From Blasia pusilla (taxonomy: Eukaryota): 64,000 nucleotides of DNA. Location: the NCBI GenBank assembly GCA_050084515.1, contig CM114271.1:3348001-3412000 (forward strand). Direction: 5' to 3'. This document shows positions 1-13,298 of the stretch, in pieces. The notes below the pieces were generated by a model, which saw only the letters and a list, made by a program, of their open reading frames with translations, searched no databases and was not told the DNA's origin. The translations under genes were made by a program, and so were the position numbers. Position 1 is the first letter of the stretch. Each line of letters opens with the position of its first letter.

Positions 1-274
1 GATATATGTTGGAAAGGTGCACATGTGTAGATGCTAGTTTGTTTTATTATTAGCATTTGCACATGTTAGATGTTAAATTCAAGTACGACTCAAACTGTGC
101 TTTTTCTTGCTTGACGAATATGAGATTACATAAAAGTGAATACGAGACATGACTGAAAGAAAATGGGGAATCCCAAAAGACTTATGAGGAGGGAAACTCC
201 AAGGTTAGAAAAAAAAGGTAACTCTTAAAATATAATATCACAAACACCCGAAATAATCTATATTATTATGGGAG

Positions 275-801
275 TGTCACGTCGTTTAGAATAGATCGGT
301 GAGCTCTAGTAGAGCGTCTTCAAGAGTAGTGGAGGACAGGCCTAGGAGGTCGAGGATGACAAGCTGAGGCCCCAGGAAACCTGAGAGAGCAAGTTTCCCC
401 TTCGTTTTGGCTCACTTGGAGCCATATTGAGGAACTTACTATTTTAGGTAAGTACCATTTTGGGTATATGATCGACTTTCTATTTTTGGTAAGTGGCCCT
501 TGACCTCCTACATCAGGTCAAAAGCCAAGGAGGTGACTTGGGAGAATACGTTACCATGGACAAAGCTTGGGAGAGGGGAGGGGTATATATCCCAAGGAGA
601 GAGAGAGCTTGAGAGCTCATTCTCTCTTTGTTGAACCTCTTGGCATGAGGCGGCGGAGCTATGGTCCCTTGCCTTGTGAGTGTAACCCAAGCCTCTCATT
701 AGGAGAGTGGGTTTGGTTTGACATGAGAGAGAGTGCACACCTTTGAGAGCTATGGTGTTAGATTGTGTAGAGAGAGATTAGATCTAATCTCTCTCTACAC
801 A
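275..801 (+). repeat. Candidate 5' LTR of a Gypsy element related to the 30.5-40.3 kb element
   Basis: Starts TGTCAC (275) and ends CTACACA (801); TATA-like GGGTATATAT at ~581-590. Followed by a self-complementary primer site, a long leader and a gag homologue. No partner LTR in the window. Confidence 0.55.
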
Positions 802-1374
802 AAGAGAGAATTTGAGAGCTACAATGCGGGAGCTTGGTGGAGTTTCGATGTGTATGTAGGTTAGGGACCGTGTTCCCTGCTTCATGACTCATGGGAGTGC
901 TCACGGGAGCAAGAGTCATTCAGTTTGATGTTTTCCTTTACTGTTTTTTCGTACGGGAGAGTGGCGTGCGGAAGCGTTGCCCAAATGTTGGTAGAATTTG
1001 AGTGTGTGGGAGGATTACCCATGCCGGTGCTCTGGGGAGCACCATACAGCTTTCTGATTTTTCTTTTCACAAGTTTTATATTTTCTTTGGGAGAAATCAG
1101 CGCGGAAGCGTTGCCGAATGTTGGGTAGAAGAAAGAGACGTTGGGCTTTACGACAATCCCCGTCAGTTTTTACAGGAATGTCCAATTCAAATACTTTGTA
1201 ATTTTGGCGTAGATCGTGAAGCTTTGCACGCTGTGCAACAAACAGTGCGCAATTTGGAGTTGCGAGCAAAAAGTTATGGTCAATCTTGCAAAACTGCCAT
1301 TGCTAGGCGATTTTTAGGGTTAAATTGTGCAAACCCTTAACCAACCGCCACACCGGCGGCGGCCGTCGCCGTCA

Positions 1375-1500
1375 TAGTCAACGGTCAACCGTCACCATCA
1401 CAGGTCAACCATCACCAACGACGGTCAACCGTCAGTGTCACCGTTCGGCCGTCACCATCAACGGTCAACCGTCACCGTCAATGGTCCACCGTCCGTTGTC
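1375..1500 (+). repeat. Short degenerate tandem repeat (CAACGGTCAACCGTCACC-like units) in the retroelement leader
   Basis: Several imperfect ~20-nt copies are directly visible. Confidence 0.7.
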
Positions 1501-2419
1501 CACCCTTGGTTGCCATTGCCGCCGTTACGGAGTGGAGGGTCTTCCACAACGTTCGTTGATTCTCGGACTTGCGTCGCCATCACGTACTTTGTTTTGGTCG
1601 CCACCGTCATCAACCTGTGATGGCATATGACCTCCTGTTATAGTGTTTGAGTTTTGATTTCATGCTGCTATGTTATGATTGGTAGCCGCTCAACGACGAT
1701 CGGGTACCGTGCGGTGACGCTCGTAGCCGCAACGCGCCACCGATTTCCGCGCCGTGCTGCTCATGGCCGCACCGCACCGTCTCGATCTCAGAGCCGCTTG
1801 GGCATTGTGGAGCAGAGTGTGGGTTTATTGTTGATTGAGGAGGGTATGCCGCCGAGTGCCGCATCCCATCATCGAGGGCCGTGCCGTTCGTAGCCGTTCC
1901 GTGCCGCCTGCAACGCCGCATTGTTCTGCTGGAACCGCACCGTCTATCGAGGAGTTTTGAGCAACGTTAGTACGGGAGGAGTATGACTTGCTAATTGGAG
2001 GAGTTGTCTCCACGACCGAGTTGGGGTCGAGATTTGCAGTTGCTGAGGAGCGACATCGACATGTATTCAGGTTACCCATTCTAGTCCTTTACCTTGCACG
2101 TGTGAGGGATTCTCGGATTTGGGTAGTTTATTTGGGGATATTGGGTGTGTGGATGCTGAGAGCATCATTTATGTATGTGGTTTAGGGGACATAGACCTGT
2201 GTGGGATGTCCGGAGTTGAGGGTAGGTTGTCGATGAGATGATAGCCTGGTCGATTTGCCGCATCACGCCGCTTATTTCCGCACGTTACATGTCTCGGGGA
2301 GGGAGAGTGTAGATCGAGTGCCGCATGTTTGGGATAAGTGATTGAGGGATTACTCGCGAGGCAAGAGTGATATGGTGAGAAGGGCACGAGGGTCATCACG
2401 GCGTCCATTCGGGACTTTG

Positions 2420-2868
2420 AGAGGCGAGGTGGTGAACCCGAGAGTAGCTCTAGAGGTTTTACGCGGAGTGGCGTGAGGTTCCGAGGGTCTTCACTTCAGG
2501 GACCACCTCAACCTCCTTCTGTGTCATCGTCACACGAGGGGGAGGGTGTAGAGGAGTTTGTGAGCACATCGCCACACATTGTGAGTGGTCCTACCAGTTG
2601 GGCGTACGAGATGGACGACCGGGGTATAGGACCGAGGTTTTCAGTGCGATGAGGGTGCGATTGAGTTGCACGATTTCATAGCGAGTTTAGGAGTTGGTGC
2701 AACTCCCAGCGGGCCACGAACTCTAGAGAGTTCAAACCGTTTACAGCATGGAACGGTATGTTCCAGCATTTAGAGGGGGCACCCATGGACGATTACCATG
2801 AGTTTTCCCATAGATATACCCAGGAGATTGAGGCATGGCGACTCTACTACGACCCACACTATGTGTCC
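2420..2868 (+). pseudogene. Gypsy gag N-terminal fragment
   Basis: Reads GFTRSGVRFRG...EMDD...WNGMFQHLEGAPMDDYHEF. This matches the gag of the minus-strand element at 38.5-38.9 kb (GLTRSGVRYRG...EMDD...WKGLFQHLEGPPMDDYMEF). Frameshifted and truncated. Confidence 0.75.
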
Positions 2869-3590
2869 TAGATAGTGACGCCACTTCCTCAAGCAATGAA
2901 CCATCGTGAACAACTTTTTCTTATGAGTGGGCCATCTCTTTTCGGTGTCATGAAGCTTCTTGCTCTCGTATGCTTCAAGTCTACCTTTTTGCACCAATAT
3001 TCCTACTCACGAAATCATTAGCATCAGTGTGCACCTCGAATGGTTGGTCAAACTCCGGAAACTTCAGAAGTAGTTCTTGCGAGAGGATCTCCTTGACTCG
3101 GTTAAACGCTTCATCCTTTTCCTCGGTCCATGTTGTGTTTGAAAACTTGGTGGTCCAATCTGTGAGAGGTTTCGCTATTCTCAAAAAGTTCTTCACGCAT
3201 GTTTGGTAAAATTGGACCGCTCCAAAGAACCTCTTCATCCTCTTCACAGTAGAAGGCGGTTCCCATTTGATAATCGCGCTTACCTTTTCCATGTCTGAAC
3301 TCACTCCATCTGCACTAACCACATGCCCCAAGAACTTGATCTTCATCAAACCAAACTCACTCTTATCTGCATTCACATACATCTTGTTTGCCTTGAGTTT
3401 CTCAAACACCGTCTTCAAATGTCGAGGGTGCTCCTATAGTGTTTTCAAATAGATGAATATTTCATCTATATAGATGATCACAAACTCATCCGTCTCCTTA
3501 TGAAAGATGGAGTTCATCAAAGTGGCGAACGTCGAAGGTACATTACAAAGACCAGAAGGCATTTCTACAAACTTCGAAGGACCAAAAATT
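2868..3590 (-). pseudogene. Ty3/Gypsy RT (C-terminal part) and RNase H fragment
   Basis: MPSGLCNVPSTF, IIYIDEIF (YxDD box, decayed), IKFLGHVVS, FEVHTDAND, AYESKKL...WRHYL in ORFs 3434-3733, 2981-3418 and 2770-2997. Confidence 0.9.
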
Positions 3591-3799
3591 AAAACTGTGG
3601 GAACCACGCTCGATGTTGTAGCTATCATCTCCTGGCGTACCTGCAAAACATCCCAAGAAGTCCAAGGGTTTCTCTCTTGATCACCCCTCGACGTGTCGAT
3701 CTCCTCAGGTCTTGCCCCCAGCCACTGCCTCAACCGTCTTGGTAGGCATGGGGCTCACCAATTAAAGCAACAGTTGTGATCTGTCGTATCCTCAAATGA

Positions 3800-4440
3800 C
3801 CCTTCTCAGCTACTCCTAAGCTGAAAATCCATATCAAGCAATTTAGGTCCATTGCATGATCCAAGACATAACGTCGTCATGCCTTTGATAGTGACGATAT
3901 TGCTGTCACTCATATGGGAAATCCCATCGCTCACTCGCGCTCATTGGCGTTGGGCTCCACCAACCGTTGTACCTGGTCATCCCAAACCAAGCCATGCCGG
4001 ACCTCCTTGAATGCATAGGAAGCGGGAAAACTCTAAAATGTGGGAAAGGTTGCCCGTGGCATACCAATCCTATTGACTACACTCAACGGCAGTCGATCAT
4101 CGTGCCTCACTTCCTATGATCAACGGCCTAGATCCAATATGGAATCCACCAAAAATTGGGAGGGGCTCTCCACTTGCGCATTTGCGCTCCGCAACACCTC
4201 GTATGGCACCAAGTTGGTCCACCAAAGATGCGGGTGGTGTGCTCTAGAACCAACACTAGCCGCATCCAAAAACAATGCTGAGCCGATCCATGCATGCACT
4301 TGATGTGCACTCATCACCACCTGTGACCTCAAATCTCCCAAGATCGGCACATTCTCTAAAATGTACGTTGGAGAACGGGATTGATGCTCCTGCAAGTGTT
4401 GCACAATCCGCATCATCTTCCGAAACAACCTAGACCGAGT
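3800..4440 (-). pseudogene. DNMT3-like C5-cytosine methyltransferase fragment (motifs VI-X), retrotransposon-borne
   Basis: YILENV (motif VI), LDAASVGSRAHHPHLWWTNL (motif VIII; compare DNMT3 AHRARYFWGNL), EPNANERE*AMGFP...RRYVLDHAMDLNCL (IX-X). In-frame stops; the N-terminal half is cut off at 4440. Confidence 0.85.
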
Positions 4441-6050
4441 TACTAGAAGAAATCCATGGTTTTATGACTAGGTTATATGACTCAAGTGAGTCATACTTTA
4501 CATACCACGGCTAACAATGAATGACGACTAAATTGGACATAAAAGCCAAGTCATATTTTTCTGGCAACTAGGCTAACTATGATGGTTGGCTTAGGTGGAA
4601 GTTGGTACATGACTGGAGGGTGTAGTCATAAAGCCATGATCGACACGTCACTTAGATAATGTGGAAGAATGCCATATCAGCGTATGACATGGACAATTTG
4701 GTATGACGTGGCCCTCATGATGTGGACTATTTATTGTGATGTGTCATCGATGACATGTACTATGAATATGACTCGTGAGTGATTTGTGTATATTCCCTCA
4801 GTTACCACCAATGACTATTGTAGTTGTGTTTAGTGTGCAAAAGTTCATAATATCCTACCATGATGCAACAAGTGTATTTAATTTAGGAGGAATCAAAATT
4901 CGTGGTAATAGTTATGACTCTATGAGTCATAATTAAGTCGTCCCTAACGACTCGTGTAGTCGATTTTTTAATTGGAATCCTGGGATTGATTCATGTAGTC
5001 GTGTACCATGAGTGGACGAGTAGAGCCGCATGACTATCGTAGAAACAAACACAACTGATTGAGTCATGACGATATGACTGTGTGAGTTGCGAACAATAAT
5101 TAGTCCTAACAATAGAACTGAATGAGTCATAATTGTATGATTAGATAGCACTTGAAGCTCACTACTTCAGTGATTGGATTTCACTATGCTAGTAATATCG
5201 ATATGACTAGTGATAGTATCAATATTTCATTTTATTGGATTTTTTTGTATGCCTTTGAATGGTGCTAGAATTAATGGATCTGAATTAGTGAATCCTCTTA
5301 TCTATTTTTATGGTGAACACTTAAGCATTTTTCTTAGCATACACTACAGTTCTGAGAAAAGTGCACATAACAAAACATTAATACAAACAAAAAAACGAAT
5401 TACAAACAAGTAGTGTGTGGACATTATGCTGTTACACAAAGAATGGGCATTCCGGAAGCAATGAAGAATAAGCATATATTGTTTTCAAAGTTTGAAACGA
5501 GACTAAGAAGTATATCTTGTTGTAAAGAAAACACATGCAAACAGCCAACCAATCAATGGATAGATGGAGATTCTAAAAAACAGATCTTGAGGGATGGAAA
5601 GTCATCAAGAAGTCGTCTTGATACTATTTGATGCAAAACCAGACACAACTTTATATTTTTGTATCCAAATAAAACATAAAAAGTGACTCAAATCAAGATA
5701 AGATATCAAAATCAGTGGAGTTCTGAAGTCTCAACTACAATGGGCAAGATAGATGTCTTTTGCCTATAAAAGTCACCCTTAAAAATAAAGATAGGACATA
5801 TTAGAGAGTCGGAAGCCAAAAGAAAGAACTATCCTACTAGATCACCTTTCTCATGTGCATTTCTGGCCAGAGCATGCTCAAACCAATCGTATAACCAAAT
5901 GTTTCTTGTGCGGGGTCGTCTATCAAATTTGGCATCCACAAAGCGTGTTCCGGATCGAACACCTCATGAAGGTGAACCCTAACCATGCCTAAGGGGATGT
6001 CCTTGGCAAGGAACTTTTTCCTTCCACCAAAACCTGAAATGTGAGAAGGG
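4441..6050 (-). mobile_element. CACTA/En-Spm remnant (one terminus, subterminal repeats, Tnp1-like exon)
   Basis: TACTAGAAGAAA at 4441 resembles a CACTA TIR with a C>T change. Many ATGACT/AGTCAT subterminal repeats extend to ~5150. ORF 5837-6091 (IPLGMVRVHLHEVFDPEHALWMP...DD...TIG...LWP) resembles En/Spm Tnp1/TnpA C-terminal domains. Confidence 0.55.
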
Positions 6051-6099
6051 ACCCCAATGTGAGAAGGGAACAAAAATAGCTCAGAAGTCAAAGAAATAA

Positions 6100-6620
6100 G
6101 CTACCTGTCGGAACCAGACGGGTTGCAAGGCCGAGGCATCCCATGAACAACTCTGCGACCTGTCGGTTCCTGACGTGTTGTAACACCCAGGAACCACCTA
6201 GTGCAACCCATCCGATTCCGACGGGTTGCAAGTAAATTTGGCAAAACTCCTTGCAACCTGTCCTTTTCCGACTGGTTGCGCACTCAGGCAACCCGTCAAC
6301 CCGTCCTTTTCCGACTGGTTGCACTCTCACGAAACCCGTCAACTCGTCTGATTCCGATCGGTTGCAAGTAAATTTGGCCGTGCGACTTGCAACATATCGG
6401 TTTCGGACTGGTTGCACACTCAAGCAACCCGTCAACCCGTCCTTTTCCGAGTGGTTGCACTGTCACGAAACCCGTCAACCTGTCCGATTCTGACCGATTG
6501 CAAATAAATTTGGCCGTGCGACTTGCAACGTGTCGGTTTCTGATTGGTTGCACACTCATGAAACCCGTCGGTAAGCGACGGGTTGAACACTCAAGCAACC
6601 TGTTGCATCCGACAAGTTTC
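6100..6620. repeat. Array of TGCAACCCGTCGGA-N-TCCGACGGGTTGCA-type palindromes in a transposase intron
   Basis: About 10 degenerate palindrome copies, partly in a ~120-bp higher-order repeat. Lies 3' of the GT donor at ~6718 on the minus strand. Confidence 0.85.
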
Positions 6621-6716
6621 CTGGTTTCTTCGGTTTGAAATTCCTATAGTGCCCACGCTTCTCAACTTTAGCTGTAACTCTTCAAACAATTTTCAGCGAG
6701 ATAAATTAGTGAACTC

Positions 6717-8600
6717 ACCTCCTGCATGAAGTTTCCCCATTGTCTCATTCTTACAATCCACAAACTCAACCAAGAGCATAACTCTTTGTACTTCCCCTCA
6801 ATCGCATGTTTCCTCCACCACCCATGAATTTCTTCTTGGCATTCCATGGCATGTTTCAAGGTTTTGCTGTCTTTGCAACGTTGGAGTAGAGTGACATGCT
6901 CCGTCCTCTTATTCTCCTTGATGCAAGATTTGGTGTACTGGGTCACAGATTGTTACCAATGGAAAGCATCCGACCTTTCTCTCTCCGGTTGAACCTCCCC
7001 ACCCCAAAACACTTCCCTGATAGCAATCCACCCAGGTTGTGCATTGTTCGCCATGAACCCATAAATTTCTGGAGGTGGCCTTTTGTTTTCCTTCACCACC
7101 TCCAATAAGAGTAACCAACACATCTTCAAACTGCTAACGTCTTCTGCTTTTACTTCACAGAAAAATATAGTTTTCAGTCCCTTCTCCACGTGGTCATAAA
7201 CATGAGCACCCATTGTCAACCATCCGTTCAGTACTCTATAACAAATATCAAAGCTTACCCAGCTGCCGTAAAGATCTTCCCCTTCCCTCATTCGATCTAT
7301 AAGATCGAGGCCACTCGACGGACCTGTCGTCAATATTTTGAAGACATAGGCCCTGAATCCTTCACCTCCCTGGCCCATGAAATGCCATCTCTGAATGAAT
7401 GGAAATCTGGAGTTGGTCTTGATTATGGCAATGGCATCCATTTCGGCCGTCTTTCCATCTAGTACCCGTATTTGACGCACCAAATTCCGGAAGCATTCAG
7501 GATCAGCGAGAAATGCGAGATTTTCCCATAGTTGTTTCTCCTCAGCAGCCGTGATCTCGCCGTGTCTAGGGATTCCAAGCAGTTGTTCAAAAATTTGTGA
7601 TGTTGTTGTTAACTTGATCACTCCGGGCTATGAACTCGGAGAGTTTCTGTAGACCTCGGCCACTTTCTTCGCCACATCCTCCTTGATGTGTCTCTGAATT
7701 GCATCAGTCACAGGATGAGTGTGGGAGCCAACATGAACTGCCAACCTTGTGTACTCTGACGTGGAACCCAAGTCGTGGACAATGAAAAATATGTATGCAG
7801 GACACGCTCTAATGCGGAAAGGGGATGCCTGATAATGAGGACATCGATGGCCTCTCAGCCGTATGGTGGCACCGACCTCATATGGAGTTTCTGCATTTTT
7901 GGGAGGGAATTACGACGTATTGACCCGCCCGTTGCACTCTAGATACAGGCATGCTGGACTTCTACACTCCAAGGCTCCAACGCATTGGCGGCGGGAGACA
8001 ATCCAAGGACCATCTGGAATTGAAGCACTAGTCCGTTGAAGCCTGCACGATCGATGACAATCAGACTTTCTATCCGTACCCTTCAAGCTTCGTCCATCTT
8101 TCTTGTGAGCAGGAGCAGCAAGTGGAGGCAACTCAAAAATGCAATTACCATCGTACGTGGGCGGCAGCTCGTTGACCAAAATGTGCTTGAACATTTTAAA
8201 GGCCAGAGACGATAGCAAACTATTTCCTGATACTCGCAAGAGGAACGAGTAGGCGCACAGAGGGCCCGGTTTGTGTCCGACAGATTCACTGAGGTAGACA
8301 ACATCGGGAATTTCTTTAGGAAGTACAACATTCTAAGGAACGTGTGAAGTTGGAGTCGATGTCGGATCTACTGAGCTAGGAGTTGCAAACATAGAGTTCG
8401 GTGCACTAGGAAATTCTCGACCGTCTACTTGGGAAACTAAGGAATTCAGAGGCAAGCCGTAAACTTTGTATTGACCATTTGCTAGAGGTAGGAGATTCCA
8501 TACTTTACGGTCAGCAATCACTGGCTGGATTATCTCACCTATTATGTCCTCCGTACCGTCCACCCTAACATCCTTGGACACAGAGATGGTTCCAATTTGG
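6717..8600 (-). pseudogene. MULE-like DDE transposase with N-terminal GCM-like Zn/DNA-binding domain (copy 1)
   Basis: GCM-like: RRQCVGALEC..PAC...RCPH...GSHTHP. MULE core: WVSFDICYRV (D1), IYGFMANNAQ (D2 position), ERSDAFHW (CxxH-like). Frameshifts and stops present. Confidence 0.7.
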
Positions 8601-9792
8601 AGAAGAAATAGAAGTGAGAAAATTTTCATCCACTGGTATGAAAGACTCATGAGCTTGCGGTCGAACGATTTCTGATTGAGGAAGGGCCGATAGATGACTG
8701 CCACAAGTGAGCTTCACATAATTATCCATTCCCAGAAGATTCCACCGGGAGGAGACTGAGAATAAGAATGAGGATAAGAATGGGAATGGGTATGACAATA
8801 AGAATGAGAATGTTCAATTTATAGTGAATAGGGACTTAGATTCTCCTGACAGAATTTGACTGACAAGATGAAGTTTGGTAGGTGAGATTGTCTGACATGA
8901 TGGATTCAATTCTGTTGCAACCTGTCAGAGTCCGATGGGTTGCAAAATTTGGGAATCAAAGACGTGGGTTACGAAGCACCCAGTTCCATTTTTTCTTTCC
9001 GTGTCCCAATGCAAATTGGAAGCCCTCGGAGTCCGTTGGGTTGGTACCCCCTTCATGCCGACCAATGGTCTTTTGAGACAATTTTGCTAGCATCAAACAC
9101 GAGACATCGCTTGCAGTTGCATTTGCATTTGCTAAGGTAACTAATCGCTGGGGACTGTTACGGGATTGTCCAACTCAGGGTAGACCTTCTGACCCGTCGG
9201 ATTGCAAGAGGTTGCCTCAGAACTATCCGTTGTCGCATTGTTACCCGAGGGATAGAAAAGAGTGCAACCTGTCGGTAACCGACAGGTTTCCCAGGTACCT
9301 CGCCTATTACCCTAAGATGAGGGAAGCGTGCAACCCGTCGGCCTCCAACGAGTTGCGCGGGTACCTCGCGTTCTTGCCCCAAGACGGCGGAGGCGTCCAA
9401 CCTGTCGAACTCCGACGGGTTGCCGGGATAGCTCGGCTAGGACGGATGCCGCGGATGGTCTAGATGTGGTTTTCACGTCCAGATCTCCATAGCAATCGAC
9501 ACGTCGCCGTCGGAACGACGGTGCGACCCAACGGTCATCCCAACCGCTCGAAAAGTATAAATAGGCTAGGGTTCGCTCATTTCCGGTTTTTTGTTTCTCG
9601 ATCTCGATTGCTCTTCAGCACAGTAGCGGACCAGATACCAAGGGGTGCTTTACACGATGACTCATCAAGGCAACTCATCGAGGCGATTCATCTAGGAAAT
9701 TCATTGAGGCGACTCATCTGAGCTACTCATCAAGGCGACTCATCGTGCACAGAAAGTAACTTCGTTGTCGATAGGAGGCATTTTCGGGAACA

Positions 9793-12700
9793 ATGACGAG
9801 GAAAAAAACTCAAGCAACCAAGGCTGGGAGCTTCACTCCCAAGTCCATGAGGACTCCTGCGTCACCATCTCCAGGGCCTCGTTTTGCCAATGAGATAAGG
9901 CAGCAAGAGATCGAGGAGCGGGAAAGGGAAGCGGAGATGCACATGTAGGAGCTTCTTGCAAAACGTGTTAAGGAGGCGCTCAAAAAACAGAATGCAGAGG
10001 CTGAGGCGTCGCACGCCTTTAAGAAAAGGATCGCCGAGGAAAAGCGTGAAAAGAAGCGTCTGGACGCATCGGTGAGGAGAGCAGAATTGGCAAAAGCTCG
10101 AAGGGAAAAAGCGATTGCCATTGAAGAAAGCCCGGCCGTCCAACCCAAAGTGTTGAGATGCAGGAAATGTCCCCGATGAAGTCTGGGGACACAATCAATT
10201 TAAAATCGGTTGAAGAAACGGACGAAGTTCAAGTGATAGATGATGAGGTCATGAGGACCGCCAACGTGGAGATGGTGGACATCTCTAAAGAAGCACGAGA
10301 TCGGTCCTCCTCGTCTTTGAGCCCGGCGGAAGAAATCGACCTCTATCGGATCGATGAGTTTCCAGTGGACTTGCCACTTGCTGTCCTAGAGCAGTTGGCG
10401 GGCCAAGACACCGACCCAATCTTTGAGCGGGTAAGAAACGATCTTGGATCTTTGAGTAATGTGAAGGCCCATGTTGCAATTCATTGGTAATTCAGTGTAG
10501 TTTATTGACTTTGTACCCGTTGTGACAGGTTGTAACGCAGATGGCACTGATGGAGGGCCAGAACGCCCCAAGAATTTCACTTTGCCGATTGCGGACAATG
10601 GAGTATGTCCGCGAAATTCAGTCTGATGAGGATATTGCGAAGTTGAAACAGCCGGCAGCGACAGCATCCTACTTAGACAACTTCCCTCCGTTCTATGTTC
10701 AGCCTTACCATCAACATGGAACCCAAGCGCTGGTGACGGAGGAGGACTTGGAAGCGCTCGACACATTCTGGAGGATGAGAGATCAGGAATTCAGAAGAGC
10801 GATTGAGGGGACGGAATTCAGCTGGATGCGGAACCTCTATTTCTTCATCTGGGATGGAAACCACAGGTTCATGGCGTGGACCCAGTTTGCAGAGGAGCAC
10901 CCAAATTCATTGGAGGCGCATTTTTGCGTGAAGGCACTCGTGCTAAATCCATACCCTCATCACATGGCGACGGTGGAAAGGGCCATGCATGCCATAAACA
11001 CGTAAGTTTCCTCTTCCTTATTTTTTGATTGCCGCAAACTGTCGGACTCCGACAAAGTGTTTAACGAGTGGTAACAAAACATTGGATGCCTTAAAGCAAC
11101 TCGTTGGAGTCCGACGAGTTACTTGAATCGCCACTATTTTTAGGATGTTTTTGGCCAAAAGCAACTCGTCGGAGTCCGACGAGTTGCTTGACTGACCACT
11201 ATTTTAAGGATATTTTTCACCGAAAGCAACTCGTCGGAGTCCGACGAGTTGCATTCGCCACCACGGGTAGGTGATCAGAGTAGGGGACTTTGATTTTTGG
11301 CGTGAAATTGTAGCTTTACTTGAAATTGCGCAACCTATCGGACTCTGACGGGTTGATATGTTCACTTTTTCTGCGGAAATCACTCTCTGAATACAAATCA
11401 TCTGACAACCCGTCGGAGTCCGACAGGTTGTAACCAGGCAATCACAAATCAGAATGCAATCCTTCGGACTCCGATGAGTTGCAATATTTAGCTCTTAGCT
11501 ACCATTTCGACCATGAGGTGTAGCGACCTATCGAAGTCCGACGGGTTGCAGGAACTCATGTAGCTTGCAAAAATTCTTATAGTGTGTTTGGATGTGCAAG
11601 ATTGTATCCAAGGGGAACGTCATCGACCACTGGATCCAAGATTGCGACCAGGTGAAGAAAGTGCTAACGACGCATTCGGCAGAGTACAAGGGGTTCTTAG
11701 GCGACGCTCTTGTAAATGAGATGTTGGCGAAGGGGGCTCAAATCAAGAAAAAGACTTGGGCGAATACATTTATTTCCCAAGATGCAGCCGTGACAATCCT
11801 TTGCTGGTCGAAGATACAGGCCGCCAAGAAGAGCGCTTCATTGGAGCTGGAGCGGAGGGAGAACGTGTCTGCGAGTGAGCGTGCTAAGTTCATCCAAGCT
11901 GCAGTATCTGCAGCTACGAAGTACACGGAAAGCAAGATGCAGCACTACATTGCCATTCTCAACCCCAAACTTGGTCCCGATTTCTACAAGGAGCTGAAGG
12001 CGATAATCAAGCGCCAACGGAAGAGGGATGAAGATCCGCAGGGTCGGATTGGGGAGAAAATGTCTCTCAACTACGTCCATAGATTTGCCTTGTCTGGAAT
12101 TTCGGAATTTAGGAGAATCCGACTGATGAAAATCAGTCTCGAGGGCACAGAGGCCCAAAAGAGGGCGGCACACCATCCTCCGGGTGTCTCTGATCCAGTA
12201 ATCTCCCACTAGCTCTGTGAATGGTCATTCTAGGACGCGTTGCGGCTTCTCGGGAAGTCCATGCTTGTGGGTCTTCAAGCGGAGCTGAAAAAAATAGAGC
12301 CCGATCCGGAGGAAGCAAACTTGGAGAGTGTTGAAGATTTCAAACTTTGGCTTGATGACATCCGGGACAAGCCCATGAAAAACCCAGGCTTCAGGACGAT
12401 GTTCAAGGATCACATCTTCCCTCAGGCAGACCTGGATGAAGAAATAGAGGCAAAGAAAAGGGATTCCGCAAAGAAGAAGCGAGATCTTTAGGAGCAGGCG
12501 GCCGATGCATCTCGACAAAGAGTTGCCCAACGGATGGTGTTCAGGTACCTCATCCAATGTAAGAATGCAGGAACCTCGAAAAAAATACCGGCAGCCTGCA
12601 AATTGTGGGCTTCTCCAACTGATGGAGAGGCATTTTCCATGTACAACATGGAGATGGCACACGGCATGTCCGACTGGGAGGTTGACAATTGCCCGATCTG

Positions 12701-12875
12701 GTTGGACTTCAACGACCGTGAGGACATAACCGAGAAAAATCTACGCGTGGTCTATGATGCAATGGCCATAGGTAGGGACGACATCTCGAATTTTGTGGAG
12801 CCTGAAGACTTCTTCGAAGGAGATGGGGAGGAGCAAGCCCTTGGGTCGAAAAGGACAAATCTACAGCGGGTCTGA
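9793..12875 (+). pseudogene. Spliced accessory gene: coiled-coil N-terminus, ParB/Srx-like domain, long helical region (copy 1)
   Basis: ATG at 9793; charged coiled-coil (EEKREKKRLDASVRRAE); GT donors at ~10431 and ~11002; FFIWDGNHRFMAW at 10841-10879 matches the ParB/sulfiredoxin hhDGxHR / GxxRxxA motif. Continues in ORFs 11592-12875 with a few stops. Confidence 0.65.
11030..11560. repeat. Intronic array of the same ~29-bp palindrome
   Basis: About 8 copies of GCAACTCGTCGGAGTCCGACGAGTTGC-like sequence with variable spacers. Confidence 0.85.
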
Positions 12876-13298
12876 AAGCGAAGGCAAGGGGATCGAAGAA
12901 TTCCGAGGCCAAGTCTTTCAAAAAAGAGGTTGAGAATTCAAGGCAAGAGGCGGAATTGTCCGGGCGAGCGGGGAGAGAGGGCCGGACTAGGTCCTCCGCC
13001 AAGAAAACTCCAACAGAGTCCGAGGTAATAGAGATCCCAACAAGCCGACCGTAGACTCGGGAAAAGCGGAAGCGAGAGGCGCCAGGTTTGTCCCAGGGAG
13101 CAAACTAGGATGGGGAATACACTCCATCATCCTTGGGAAGACATAGAGAAACAACGAGCCGGACAAGCGTCATCATTCATTGCACGAATCTTCTGGATGA
13201 GCTGCAAAGTTTCAGTTCCCAATAGTCAACACCCGCCATCGACAAATTGACAATGCTGGGACGGAAGCTTCAACGAAACGGGCATGCTCCTTGGACGG

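Larger units (their letters stand above)
6055..13140. mobile_element. Mutator-like element copy 1 (transposase on minus strand, ParB-like accessory gene on plus strand), truncated
   Basis: Two divergent pseudogenes plus palindrome arrays; inverted homologue of 13299-20505. Confidence 0.7.

Noticed and set aside
880-905. Alternative LTR end at 884 with a tRNA PBS
   Set aside because: No TGG-type tRNA complement follows; the boundary at 801 fits the family's self-priming geometry better.
6088-6638. Cluster of overlapping ORFs
   Set aside because: They arise from the intronic palindrome array.
10541-11005. Bacterial parAB partition locus
   Set aside because: The gene has GT-AG introns, there is no parA, and no canonical parS (TGTTTCACGTGAAACA) was seen; only the motif resemblance is retained.
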